A DNA stretch of 55,683 nucleotides, from positions 62,001-117,683 of the forward strand of contig CAUYUJ010000143.1 of assembly GCA_963575745.1 (NCBI GenBank). Direction: 5' to 3'. The stretch comes from Prorocentrum cordatum. Its lineage: Eukaryota. The notes under the pieces are model-generated. The model was given only the letters and a program-made list of their open reading frames with translations, did not search any database and had not been told where the DNA came from. Positions 34,651-46,599 of this stretch are shown here, one piece after another (within the stretch, counting starts at the first letter, position 1; each line of letters begins with the position of its first letter). Made by a program: the position numbers and the translations under genes.

Positions 34651-36837
34651 CCGGCGTCGGGAGATGGATGACGCCCCTCGAGCCTCGAGGGCCGAGGAGC
34701 CTCGACCTTCAGACGCGAGGATCGGGGGTTGAGGACCAAGGATCAGCAGGTGGAGGATCGAGGGTCCTCGAGGGATCCTCGATCAAGGCATCGATGATCC
34801 CTGGAGGGGGCCTCGAGGGACCGAGGAGCTCTTGAGGCCCCGAGGGGTCTCCAGAGGTTCCTACCGCCGCCCAGCAAAGTTCCAGGAAGGCCTGGAAACG
34901 CCCCCAACCCTCGATCCTCGACCCGAGGCAACCGTCAGGGTTGCGAAATAGTCGGCGGCTTCTCGAGCGCGTCTGGCCCTCCAGCCCCGACCCCCGACGC
35001 CCCCCGCGCCTGCTGGTGCTGCGGCCTCCGTCCCCATCGAGGCTCGGAGCTCGAGGGTCGAGATGTGCTTCGACGTCCTGCGCTATTTGGCAGCCTCTGG
35101 GGAGGGAACCTCTCGTCGCCAGGGCTGGAGCCTCCTCGAAACTCGGAGCAGAACGTGCCCCAGGACAGATCCGGTGGTCGGCGTTCGACTCGCCACCCCG
35201 ACCCTCCGACGTGTTCGTTGTGTGCTTGGGGGGCCTTCTGCACGCCCTGGGGCCTCGACAAAGACAGCCATCCGACCGAAAAGCTGGCATCCACCCAAAG
35301 GCCACGGAGGCCGCCCGACGAGGGTCCGAGCAGGATGGGGTCGGAGGATCGCGTCGCATCGCCGATGCATCGGCGACGTCGGCCCCGATCGCACCAACAC
35401 ACAAACCTTCGCAAGAGCTGCGCGACGCATCCAAAACAGAAACCCCCCTCGGCGCCAAACGCAACGCGGAAATCCGAGCGCCGCCCTGCCGTCACGTCCT
35501 GCAGAGTCCCTCGCCACCTCTCAGGGCCCCCACGCCGAAACAAACAAATAAAACGCGGAAGAAAACAAGAAGGGGCCGCCAGTACTACTGACCGACCTAA
35601 ACGCACCGCGGGAGAAAACCTTGCAAGAGCTGCGCGAAGCATCGCATTGGCACTGGGTTCCGTCGCGCTCAGCACCTCCTGACCCCCAGCCGCGAAAAGG
35701 GGAGGCAACCCAGACTCTGACCGGCAACCCCTGGCTTCGCACAGGGAGGGGGGGGGCGGGGGCAGAAGACCCCCCCCCTTCGAAAGGTGAGCCTGGGCCC
35801 ATCTGAGAGCCCAAGGGAAAGGGGGGGGGGGGCTTCCAAAGGAACCCAGAGCAAACCTCCACTTTTCACCGGAAAACTTCCGATTTTCCAGGGGACCCCA
35901 AAACTTAAGGAGTTTTAGCACCGAAATAGGGGCTTACAAATATGTTTTGCTTGTTAGCCCCCCCCCTACAGCAGAGGGCGGGGGAGCTCCCGAAGCCACG
36001 CCCCCTTTGCAGACGGGCAGCCCCCGCGCACCCCGGCGGCGAAGAGGGCGGGGGCGGGAAGCGGCCTGAGGCCCCCCTCCCCGCCCTCTCCCGGCTTCTC
36101 CCTTGCCCGGCAGGGGGTGTCCGAAGCCCCCCCCCCCCCCTTGAGAACTGGGGGGGGGGGGGCAGCCTGAAGCCGGGGCCCCTCTCGTGCTCTTCGCGCC
36201 CCCCGCCTCCCGCAGCGCGCCCTTCCGTCGCTCGCTGGCTGGGCACACCCGCACGGCCCACCATCTTGAAGCGACGGAGAACGGATCCGACTCCCAACGG
36301 AACTCATCGTGGCTTGCCACTGCACGTGGCAGAACGTGAGATTGTTGTTCTGACCCCCACGCACCGTTCACGGAACCAAGCAGCGAGCAAAAGCCGGCAG
36401 CGGCACAAGACGCGCAGGGTCCTCCCGCGAACGTGGCCGAAATTCTGCGAGAGAGGCCGCGCGGGGAGAGGGGGAAGGAGGACGGACAACGTGGCAAAAC
36501 GCGGGAGTGCTGGCTCGCAGGCGGTTCCTGGCACGACGAGGGAGGAGGAGGAGGAGGAGGAGGAGGAGGAGGAGGAGGAGGAGGAGGAGGAGGAGGGAGG
36601 AGGAGGAGGGGGAGGAGGAGGAGGAGGACCAGGAAGAGGAGGGGAAGGAGGAGGAAGAGGAGGAGGAGGACGGACAACGCGGCGGGACGCGAGGGTGTGG
36701 GCTCGCAGGCGGCTCCCGGCACGGCGAGGAGGACGGCAAAGGGGGATCGCCGATCCGGCCGCGGCGTCTCTCCCGTGGCAGGACCTCGAGGCCCGGGAGA
36801 TCCGAGCCCCCCCCCCCCAGGTCCCAAACCTCTGGCG

Positions 36838-37058
36838 TAGGGTCGTGCCTGTCCCTCTACAGGGGGACCTTGAACGAAAATTTCAACAAAAAAAAACAAA
36901 AAACAAAAAAAACATACTATGTATAGAGATCTAATGTGTGTTTGGTCTTTTATGTGTAACACATTCTACAAAAACATACCAGAAACAAAAAGACATGTTC
37001 TGACGATTGTTGAACGATTTTTGAAGAATCCCCCTGTAGAGGGACAGGCCCGACTTGC
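36838..37058. mobile_element. 221-bp MITE of the same TIR family, 8-bp TSD
   Basis: TIR cores GTCGTGCCTGTCCCTCTACAGGGGGA and TCCCCCTGTAGAGGGACAGGCCCGAC. TSD CTCTGGCG at 36830-36837 and 37059-37066. AT-rich interior. Confidence 0.88.
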
Positions 37059-39329
37059 CTCTGGCGCGGTCCTGCTGGCGTCACTACTCCGTTCTGCGAC
37101 CTGCGTAGCGTCTTTGCGCAGGGCGCGCGACACAGAAAAATGGCATGGCAGCCCACCGCGGGCCACGAGCGCGGCGCGGCAGGCCGCGCGGACAGGAGGG
37201 GCGGGGCCCCGAGGACGAGGGGCTCCAACGGAGCAGCTTCCACCTGGGGCCCCAGCCTCTGCACCCCCGGTGTTGTGAGCGCTTTCTTCTTCGGCGGTTC
37301 GACACTGGGCGGGAGTGAGGGGGGGGGGATGGGGGGGAGGGCGGGTTCTGGCTCCAGGGGGGGGGGGGTCTGGCTCCGGACCTCTGCTCAACGCGACGGG
37401 CTGCAACGGTGCGCCCCGTGGGGTGGGAGGCTCATCCTGCCTGACGCAGGCGCCATAAGCAGCCAAGATCTGCTCCATTCAGCGGTGGACAAACCTCCCT
37501 TTAGCAAACCTCCCCTTAGTGAAAACGGCCTGGGACCGAAACCGACGGACCTGGACCCGCAAAAATGACGGCCGCGACGCCCTCTCGCGAACCGAAAACG
37601 GCCAATTCCTTAATCGACGTGTCAGGGTTGGAGGTCTGTCCACCCCCGATCCATGGGTGGGGGTGGGGGGGGAGGGGTGCGAGGGCCCGCGCCGATCGGC
37701 AGAACCGTGCGAAAAGGACGGCCCGAAAAGCGCCGTCCGTGTCGCTGTCTGGGAGAAGCCGCTCCCGCGAACCTCCGGCAGGCCCGCGAGGCCTCTGGCC
37801 GCTGGGGCTTGCCGCGGGCTGCCGCTGCAGCCCTGACCTTCCAAGAGGGCTAAAAAATAGCACGCGACTTAAAAACCTATCCCAAGGCTATTCTACGTCT
37901 TGGTTTTAGGCTGTTTCGCTCCGTTGTTTTAGGTTTTCAGGCCTCCAGTGCTAAAAAATAGCTCTCTGGAAGTGCATGCTCGCATATGGCTCGTCGGGGA
38001 CGCCGAGGACAAGAGGGCACGCAACGCCGGTGCCTCGCGCTGGGCCCAGTCCGCTGCTCCTGGGCCGCTCCTCCTCCTCCTCCTCCTCCTCCTCCTCCTC
38101 CTCCTCCTCCTCCTCCTCCTCCTCCTCCTCCTCCTTGTCCTCGTCCTCGTCCTCGTCCTTCTCCTCTCCTCCTCCTCCTCCCTCCTTCATCCTCTCTCCC
38201 CTCCTCCTCCTACCTCCTCCTACTCCTCCTCCTCCTTCCTCCTCCTCCTCCTCCTCGTCCTTCCTCCCTCTCCTCGTCCTCGTCCTCGTCTCTCTCGTCC
38301 TCCTCCTCCTCATCCCCTCCCCTCCTCCTCCTCCTCCTCCTCCTCCTCCTCCTCCTCCTCCTCCTCCTCCTCCTCCTGCAGCTGAAGCGCACTCGTCGTC
38401 CACGGGGCTCAGCACGGCGGCGGCCGTGCTCCAGGGGCACCGGCTGCAGGCAGTCTGGGCAGATTCCTTCTCGGCGGGACGCTGGTCTTTGAAGGGGCCC
38501 CAGGACACACAAATAAATACACACAAATAAAAAGATTCCCCATATGTTCCTATATGTTATGGGTTTTTGTTCTTCCCCCCACTTACCATACTTTCCCATA
38601 TTTTCTGGGGGATCGACGATTAATTGTGTCTGTGTGTTTCTTTCCCTCCTGATCCTTCTCGGCGGGACGCTCGTCTGTTCTGGTGAGACCCGCTCTTCCA
38701 AGCAACATGCACGGTTTGATACCTCTGCCTGCAGGCAAGCCTGGTGCCACGCGCTCGGTCGACCTCCCTTGGTCCCGCGCATTCGCCCCCTCCTGTCTCC
38801 ATGGTCCTACCAGTCCGCTTCCTCATCCGTTATTGCGTTGATGCCTAAATTTTGATGCGGATCCAACCGTGGCGACGGGAAGCTTCTTGGAGGTCCAACT
38901 ATAGCCAGAGACGTCCAACAGCCAAAATCCGCGATCTCGGTCATCCCCTCTTCCCCTTCGGGGATCAGATCCAAGCAGAATCAATCCCCGGACTTCTCCC
39001 AAGGTTCATCTTGACAATCTCGTCCTGGGAAATCTCGGGGCCCGAAACGGGCCAGAACAGCTCAAACATATCGACTCTTCCGAAAACAACTCATTACATG
39101 AATATGAAAGGTCGGAGGTCCATGCGGACTTCTTGGATCGGCGCTGGACCCCCCTCCATGGCGCGCTCCACGAGCCTGTGGCGGCGCAGGAGGCTCCAGT
39201 GCCAGTCCCCTGCGCGGAGTTCCGAAAGCTTATCTTAATGCATTTGTTCTTCAATCCCTCCTGCCCCTTGACAAGGGCGACGACAACGACTACGACGAGG
39301 TCGACAATGACGAAGACGACGACGTGCCT

Positions 39330-39450
39330 GCTCTTGTAGACAGACGGGTCCGCGGCCACGTCGTCCCCTTCGCCGTCGTCCGAGAGTTCCATGGACTCGT
39401 CCGACTCGCTGTCGGTCTCCTCGTCGGACGACTCGCTGGAAGAGTCCTGC
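39330..39450 (-). CDS. Candidate exon, acidic (DSSSESSDEETDSESDESMELSDDGEGDDVAADPSVYKS)
   Basis: CTGCAG|G acceptor at ~39447 and a protein-like translation. Confidence 0.4.
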
Positions 39451-42277
39451 AGACCAGAGCGCCGGCAGCCAGGGCAGCCAGACCTCCAGAGTCTTTGACG
39501 GTTCGACCTCTGGCCTCGCCGGGCCCCCGGGATCGTCAAAAACGACCCCAGATAGAGAGTTGGCCCTGGGGAGATGGTAGGAACTCTGGCTGGGGAGGGC
39601 CGTCGGATTTTTTTATATAAAAAAGCCTTGGGTGTCTGACCTGGGCAGAATGTTCGAGGTTAGACCATGTATGTGCGTTCCTCGTCCTTTCGGGGCCCCT
39701 GGGATTTTCCTCGTCGCCAAGGCTGGATCGGCATCGAAACTTCAGCTATGGAGCAACCCTGGACAAGTTCGGGGGGATTCGATTCCTGACCTCAGGGCCC
39801 CGTGAACGAGGACTCTGGCAAACCAGGACACTTGCACGCCCGGTGAAACCGCAGCCAAGCACCAAAACATTCCTCCTCCTCCTCCTCCTCCTCCTCCTCC
39901 TCCTCCTCCTCCTCCTCCTCCTCATCCTCCTCATCCTCCTCCTCCTCATTCTCCTCCCAGTCTTCTTTTTCTTCATCTGGAACTTTGGGGATCCAGGTCT
40001 GCAATGCCCTGGAGCCTGCCCGCGCAGGAGATTCATCTTATCCACCAGTCTGGAGACGCAGGCCTGTCAACAAGATACAGTTGGACTTAGGCCAGAAGGA
40101 CATCCCTCAAGAACACGAAAGCCTCAGCCGGCAAAGCACACAGAGAACATCTGAGGGCACCCTCCCCAGGATGTACAAGAACATCCAACGAACACCAAGA
40201 ACATTAGGATACCCTCCCCGAACCGACCTCGATCTTCTACCTCGGTCCGACTGTGTGCCCAAAGGGGGTGTCTGCCATGGCTTTCTCGGAGGCTGCTGAA
40301 GGTGCCCCTGGCTGAAGGCGTTCCCAGGGCCCCGTGAGGGGAGCTCTGGAGGCCGTGGAGACCTCATTGGAAGTCTGGGGGGCACCTTGGGCCCAGGATA
40401 CGTCTGGCAACACGCGAACCCATAATCGGGAAAGCAGACCCTGCGGTCCGGACATCCTGTTGGGGCTCGAGGGACGCACCCGCGAGAACCCCGGGGGCAC
40501 GCCGGGTGTGGCCACGCTTCCGCCTCCGGAGGCGCCCGCATCTCCGACGCTGCCCGAAGTGAACGGGAGTCCTCCAGACCGGTGGAACTGGGCGAATGCA
40601 CTCGGGCATTCGTTCACGGGGAGGGGGAGGGAGGGAGGAGGGGAGGAGGGAGGGAGGGAGGGAGGGAGGGAGGGAGGGAGGGAGGGAGGAGGGGGGAGGG
40701 AGGGGGGGAGGGAGGGAGGGAGGGAGGGGGGAGGGGGGGAGGAGGGGAGAGGAGGAGGAGGAGGAGGAGGAGGAGGAGGAGGAGGAGGAGGAGGAGGAGG
40801 AGGAGGAGGAGGAGGAGGAGGAGGAAGGAGGAGGAGGACGAGGAGGAGAGGAGGAGGAGGAGGAGGAGGAGGGGGGGCATGAAGGGGGGGATGACGAGAC
40901 AGGCGCCGTCCCAGCACTCTTCCGGGCGGCGCTTGCAGCTTCATAAGGCTCGAGGGCCCTTCGGGACCGCTCTCCTGCCAGGCCTGGACTGGGCTCTCCC
41001 GGGCATCCGAGGCGTGGAGAGCCCTGGGGAGGTGGCCATGAGCCGGCGTCTGGCCCCTGCTCCCGGCAGCGCTCTGCGGGGAGGGGGGCGGCGGAGGCGG
41101 GAGGGAAGGCGGGGCGAGGGGACGCCAGGAGGGGGAGGGGGGGAGGGAAGGGGACGGGAGGAGAGGGGGTGGGAGGGAGGCGAGGACTGGTCAGGGAGGC
41201 GGGAGGGGGAGGGGAGGTCCCCTGAGGAGGGTCCCAGACGTCCGCGAAAGAGGCATCCCGAAAAGAACGAAGCGCGGCCCGAAAACCTTGATTCTCTATC
41301 GTGGATCCTGGATGGGCGGGAAGGTGCGAAGACGCAGGGGGTCCTGCGTCCAGGCGTCCAGCCCCCAAAAGTCCCGACGCCCTCCTTTGCTGCGGGGTAT
41401 GCAGCCCAGCTTGTCGTCCCCGACCCGCTCCTGATCGCCCCCCCACCCCCCCCGCGAGGCCGCAGGGAAGAGAACGGTGCCGGGAGCGGACAGGAGAGTT
41501 CTTCCAGACGTCTGGGGGGGGGACCCCGGCACCCCGTCGAGGTCTGAGCCCCCCCGCGTCCTCGGCCCCGACGGGGTCGAACCCCGAGCTGGACGAGCTG
41601 GAGCCCGACCTGCGGCGAGGGCGGCAGGGGAGCACGAGGGGCCCGTGGCCCAGGCACCCGCGGGGCGGGGAGCACACCCACGGCCACGGCCCCGCGGGCC
41701 GCTGCGGATGCCACGCGCTGCGCGAAGCGCAGCCATGGCATCGCACCGCGATGCCAAGACCGCCCCAGGGCCATCCACCAAGAAGAAACAACGATTCTGG
41801 TACCCTTCACGATACAGTCGGGGCGTTGACCTAAGGAACCCTAAATAAGGAACGGGGCCCCTTTCTCCCATAAGTCCCACCAGCCCTTTGGGCGTGAGTG
41901 GTTTAGGGAGCTCTCTCTGTCCTCAACCCCCCTTCTTCCCCTTCGGGGAGGGGTTTACCCCTCCCCCTACCCCCTCCCCCTGGACCTGGAGAGGGAGTTC
42001 CGCGGGTCGTCAGGGGGGTCTTTTTCGACGTCTGGGAGGGCCAAAAAACGACGACCCTCACGAGGATTCTGGCCCCGAGGGGGGGGGGGGGAGTTTGGTG
42101 CCTCAGCTCGTCTTTGAAGCAAAAATCATTGATTTTACTAGGGTTTTGGGCCCATTTTGGGCTTCTGAGGGGCAGCGCTCATCGTCCTTCATAGCAAAAT
42201 CATTGATTTTACGAAGGTTTTGGGCTCATTTTGTCCTTCTCAGGGGGCAGCGCTCACTTGCGCTTCTGAGGAGGTCG

Positions 42278-42500
42278 CAAGAGGCCCCAAGATGGCCCCA
42301 AGAGGCCCCAAGAGGCCCCCAAGAGGCCCCCAAGAGGCCCCCAAGAGGCCCCAAGAGGCCCCCAAGAGGCCCCCAAGAGGCCCCCAAGTGGCCCCCAAGA
42401 GGCCCCAAGAGGCCCCAAGAGGCCCCCAAGAGGCCCCCAAGAGGCCCCCAAGAGGCCCCCAAGAGGCCCCAAGAGGCTCCAAGAGGCCCCCAAGAGGCCC
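42278..42500. repeat. 10/11-bp minisatellite (CAAGAGGCCCC[C])
   Basis: Direct tandem copies; a related tract lies at 8965-9085. Confidence 0.95.
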
Positions 42501-42912
42501 CACGAGGAGCCCGAACGACTCACACCAGGACGAGGGGCCCGAACGACTCACACCACGAAGAGCCCGAACGACTCACACCACAAGGAGGGGCCCGAACGAC
42601 TCACACCAGGACGAGGCGCCCGAACGACTCACACCACGAGGAGCCCGAACGACTCACACCACGACGCGGGCCCCGAACGACTCACACCACGAGGAGCCCG
42701 AACGAGTCACACCAGGAGGAGGGGCCCGAACGACTCACACCAGGACGAGGGGCCCGAACAACTCACACCACGAGAAGCCCGAACGACTCACACCAGGACG
42801 AAGAGCCCGAACGACTCACACCACGAAGAGCCCGAACGACTCACACCAGGAAGAAGGGCCCGAACGACTCACACCAGGACGAGAAACCCCAAACGACTCA
42901 AACCACGAGGAG
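42501..42912. repeat. ~27-30-bp minisatellite (GCCCGAACGACTCACACCA...)
   Basis: About 14 head-to-tail copies with short, mutually related linkers. Confidence 0.93.
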
Positions 42913-44459
42913 CGCTTTCTCTCCCTCCTCCTCCGCCTCGTCCTTCTCCCGCTCCCCCCACAAGGAGGATGTACAAGGAGGCGGGAGGAAGGAGGAACAG
43001 GGGAGATATGCGGGGCCAAGCGGACACACGCCTGAAAAACACGACTGTCGGCATGCTTCGCAAGAGTTGCTGCTGTGAGATGGGCTGGTGGGGATACGCG
43101 AAGCGTAAAGAATTGAACTTCGATTTCCCATAGAAAACCTCAGGAAAACAGAAAGCAAACTGTAGAACCATCAAGGAACACCGAGCCCCTCCCCAACGAA
43201 AAGGGTTCCTTCTTCAGGGCCCCAGCTGTAACGCCCGTGACTGGCCCCGCACCCCCCCCCACTACCCACCCACTCGTCAGGTGACGATCCGCGCTGGCGC
43301 CGTCTGGAAGTAGGCCATCCTGGAACATTCCCAGACAGCGGTGGGGCGAATTGTGACGTGACCGACCCTCCCCCCCTCACCTGTCACGCCAATTATCGCC
43401 TGTGGGAAAAAAATCTCCATCTGGGGACGTAAAGCCGACCCCAGGGAAGGGATCGAGAGCCCACGGCATGTTTCGAGCCAGATCGAGCCACGAGGGTCCC
43501 AGGGCGCGAACCCATGCGAAAACGCCTGGCACGACACAAACTGCGACGCCCAGATCTCACGGCAGGAAATGTGTTGAGGAGAAGGGAGGAGGAGGTCAGG
43601 TGACTGGAGGGTCGAAGCCTGATCCCTACCTCGACAGCTTGGGTAGCCTGGCGGCTGCTCGAGAGGTCTGGCCAATGGCTCGGGCCTGGTCGGGGGAGAC
43701 AACGCTCACCCCCACACGTCGAATCCCAGACCTCTGGCAGATGGTGTGGTTTCCAATCCCAGGCCTCCGGAGACCACTTTCGGGGCCCAGGATCATCAGA
43801 CACGGCTCTGGAACGAGAGGCTGCCCCCAGGGAAGGGGTAGGCAGCTCCACGGGGCCCGCGGATCGAGCAAACCAAATTGTCCGATGTCGAGGTTTCGCC
43901 GCGCACAACTCGGTGCGCAGGAAAATCATCATCGGATATGTGCAGCTGCGTCATGAAAGAAAGAGCTGTCCCCACAGAGCTGAGGGCTCCTCCTCCTCCT
44001 CCTCCTCCTCCTCCTCCTCCTCCTCCTCCTCCTCCTCCTCCTCATCCTCCGCTTCCTCCCCCCACTCCTAGCCCTTTCGATCAGGGTCGGCGGCACCGGC
44101 CGTCAGGCCTCTCCAATCATCATCGGATATGTGCCGCTGCGTCATTAAAGAAAGAGCTGTCCCCACCACAGAGCTGAGGGAGGTACACGAGGAGGCGGTG
44201 GGAAGATACCCATGGCCCGTAGCGTGTTATTGTAGGTTGGGGAATGGGACCGAAGTGAAACGAGGTCGTCCAAACGGGAAGAGGCTCGTGTCATGCAAGC
44301 GGGCGAGGCGAACCCATCGCGAGTTTCAACAAGATTTAGGTCCCAAACGCGCGAAGAAGAATCGGTAATCCGCCTTGCAAGGCGTGCCCCGAATTGTCCC
44401 GACGTTGTCACCTGGTGTCATGATTATATGCATGGCAACGCAAACCGATGAATGAAACA

Positions 44460-44905
44460 ATGCCCTGGTTGTCGTGTAGTTGTCCCTTGCTTGTTCCGTG
44501 GTTGTCTTGCGGTTGTCCTGCGGTTGTCCTGTGATTGTCCCGTGGTTGTCCGGCGGTTGTCCCGTGGTTGTTCCGCGGCTGTCCTGTGGTCGCCGCGCGG
44601 TTGTCCAGCGATTGTTCCCTGGTTGTCCCGTGGTGGTTGCGTGGTTCTCTTGAACTGTCTCGTAGTTGCCCCTTGGCCGTCCCACGGTCATCCCGTGGCT
44701 GTCCCGTGGTTGTCCCGTGCTTGTCCCATGGCTGACCTGTGGTGATGCTGTGACTGTCCCGTCATTGTTTCGCGGTTGTCCCGTGGTTGTCCTTTTGTCG
44801 TCGCGCGGTTGTCCAGCGGCTGTTCCGTGGTTGTCCCGTGGTTGTTTCGTGGTTCTCTTGGGTTGCCCCGTGTTTCTCCTTTTGTTGCCCGCGGTTGTCC
44901 TGTGG
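44460..44905. repeat. 11-bp minisatellite (GGTTGTCCCGT)
   Basis: Diverged tandem copies. Confidence 0.88.
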
Positions 44906-46599
44906 GTGCCCCGTCTACAAGCAGGTAAACGCGAGACCGCGGGATAGTGAGACCAAGAGATCTGTTGGAAGTGAAATCGATGGACCGTGGGACTGGTAAG
45001 CAGTGCGATCGACAACTGTGTCTTTCGCCAGGCGGTCAACACTATCTCACGGCTGCGCGTATCCCTTGCTCGGTGGCTTGTGTGTGGCCCGCGTACACGC
45101 TGGCGCTCACGCACTGGGTGTCAAGTGAGTGGATCCGGCACGCTTCGCCTTAGGTTGTGCTGCCCTTCTCTCCTCGCGCCTCCCTGTCAGTCGGTACTCC
45201 ACCTGCGGGTCCGACCTGGTTCCACCTGCACCCGGTTGCCCCCCTCTGCTGGCACACGCTCAGCAGCTTTTGGGGTCCGCGTGCTGGCAGCATGGCTTCG
45301 GCTGTCCCCAGGTCGGTTCTCTTCGGCTGACACACGCTCAGCGGCTTGGGCTCGCGTTCGGTTCGCCCCCACCCGCGGGCTGAACCGTGGCCGCCTCTTT
45401 CTAATTATCTGCAGGTGCACTCTGCGCGGTGTCGCGCCAATTATCTGTCGCTGTGCCCCAGCCTCGGTCATACCGCTCTCTGGACTTCTCCTTGCGGGCC
45501 GCGAATCAAAAAAAGTATCGCTTGCTCCGATCTCCTCCTAACCCTGGGGGGGGCTTCGTATGGGAATTGCAATTGCACGAGCCCTTACAGGTGTCTTCCG
45601 ACATACCTGCAGTGTTCCGTTTAGCAGATGCAATAATAATAATGCGCGCGCGCTGGGAAAGAGGCGCGCACGAACTCATTTTCCGCGAGGACGCCAGCTG
45701 CACCCTATCCTCACATCTTTCCGGAGTCAAGCGCGCGCAGCGACACACAGATGTAAGCTCTAAAGAGAGGCGGAGGGAGCGAAGAAAAATGGGTCCCCCC
45801 GCGGCGGGCCCCGAGCAATCTCACCGCGCGCGCCAGCCTTCAGTGCACCTCGTCAAGGGGCGCCGGCTTTCAAAGCTCAAACAGCGCCGCCCGTTCGAGT
45901 AGCACCCACTCCCACTGCAGGGGTGAAGGCCCAGTCGTTCGACGCAGCCCCGAAGCTCATCAGACAGAGCCCGCGGGCGACGCCGGCCCCCACGGGTCAC
46001 GCTTCGACCTCGTTCGCCACGAGTTGCCTCCCAAGCCTCGACCCGACCCCACGTACCATGAGCTGCCATCTCTGGCGCAGCTCGAATCTGCATACCCAGA
46101 GCCGTAAGAGAACGCGCCCGCGGCGCACTCCCAAAGGGGGGGGCTCCCCCCTTGGCTGCCCCCCACCCCCCTTGGGATTGATTTGAGCATTTGCGCTCGC
46201 TTGCGCCGTTCGGTCTTTGGACCACCTGGCCACGCATTGGACCCCTTTGGACCCCCTTGGACCCCCTTGGGCCTCCTTGGGCCCCCTTGGACCCCCAGTG
46301 GTCCAAGGGGGGCCCCCTTTGGACCTGCCCTGCCGGAAGCCCCCCCGCCCCCTCATTCTTCTCGCACCTCGGCAGCTACCACCGCAGGGGGAGGAGGAGG
46401 AGGAGGGGGAGGAGGGGGAGGAGGGGGAGGAGGGGGAGGAGGGGGAGGAGGGGGGGGGAGGAGGGGAGGAGGGGGAGGGGAGGGGGAGGAGGAGGAGGAG
46501 GGGGGGGAGGAGGGGAGGAGGAGGAGGAGGAGGAGGAGGAGGAGGAGGAGGAGGAGAAGGAGGCCCTTCCACTTCAGAGGACCCCTCCCACCGTCGCTT

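Noticed and set aside
42501..42912. CRISPR-like array of GCCCGAACGACTCACACCA repeats
   Set aside because: The linkers are only ~8-11 nt and related to each other, there are no cas genes, and the context is eukaryotic. It is a minisatellite.
41888..43078. 396-aa repetitive ORF
   Set aside because: It is made of two minisatellites and is open in several frames.
45656..45685. Possible left terminus (GAAAGAGGCGCGCACGAACTC) for the composite ending at 49121
   Set aside because: The TIR match is only partial and the flanking 8-mers (CGCGCTGG vs AGAGCTGT) do not form a convincing TSD.
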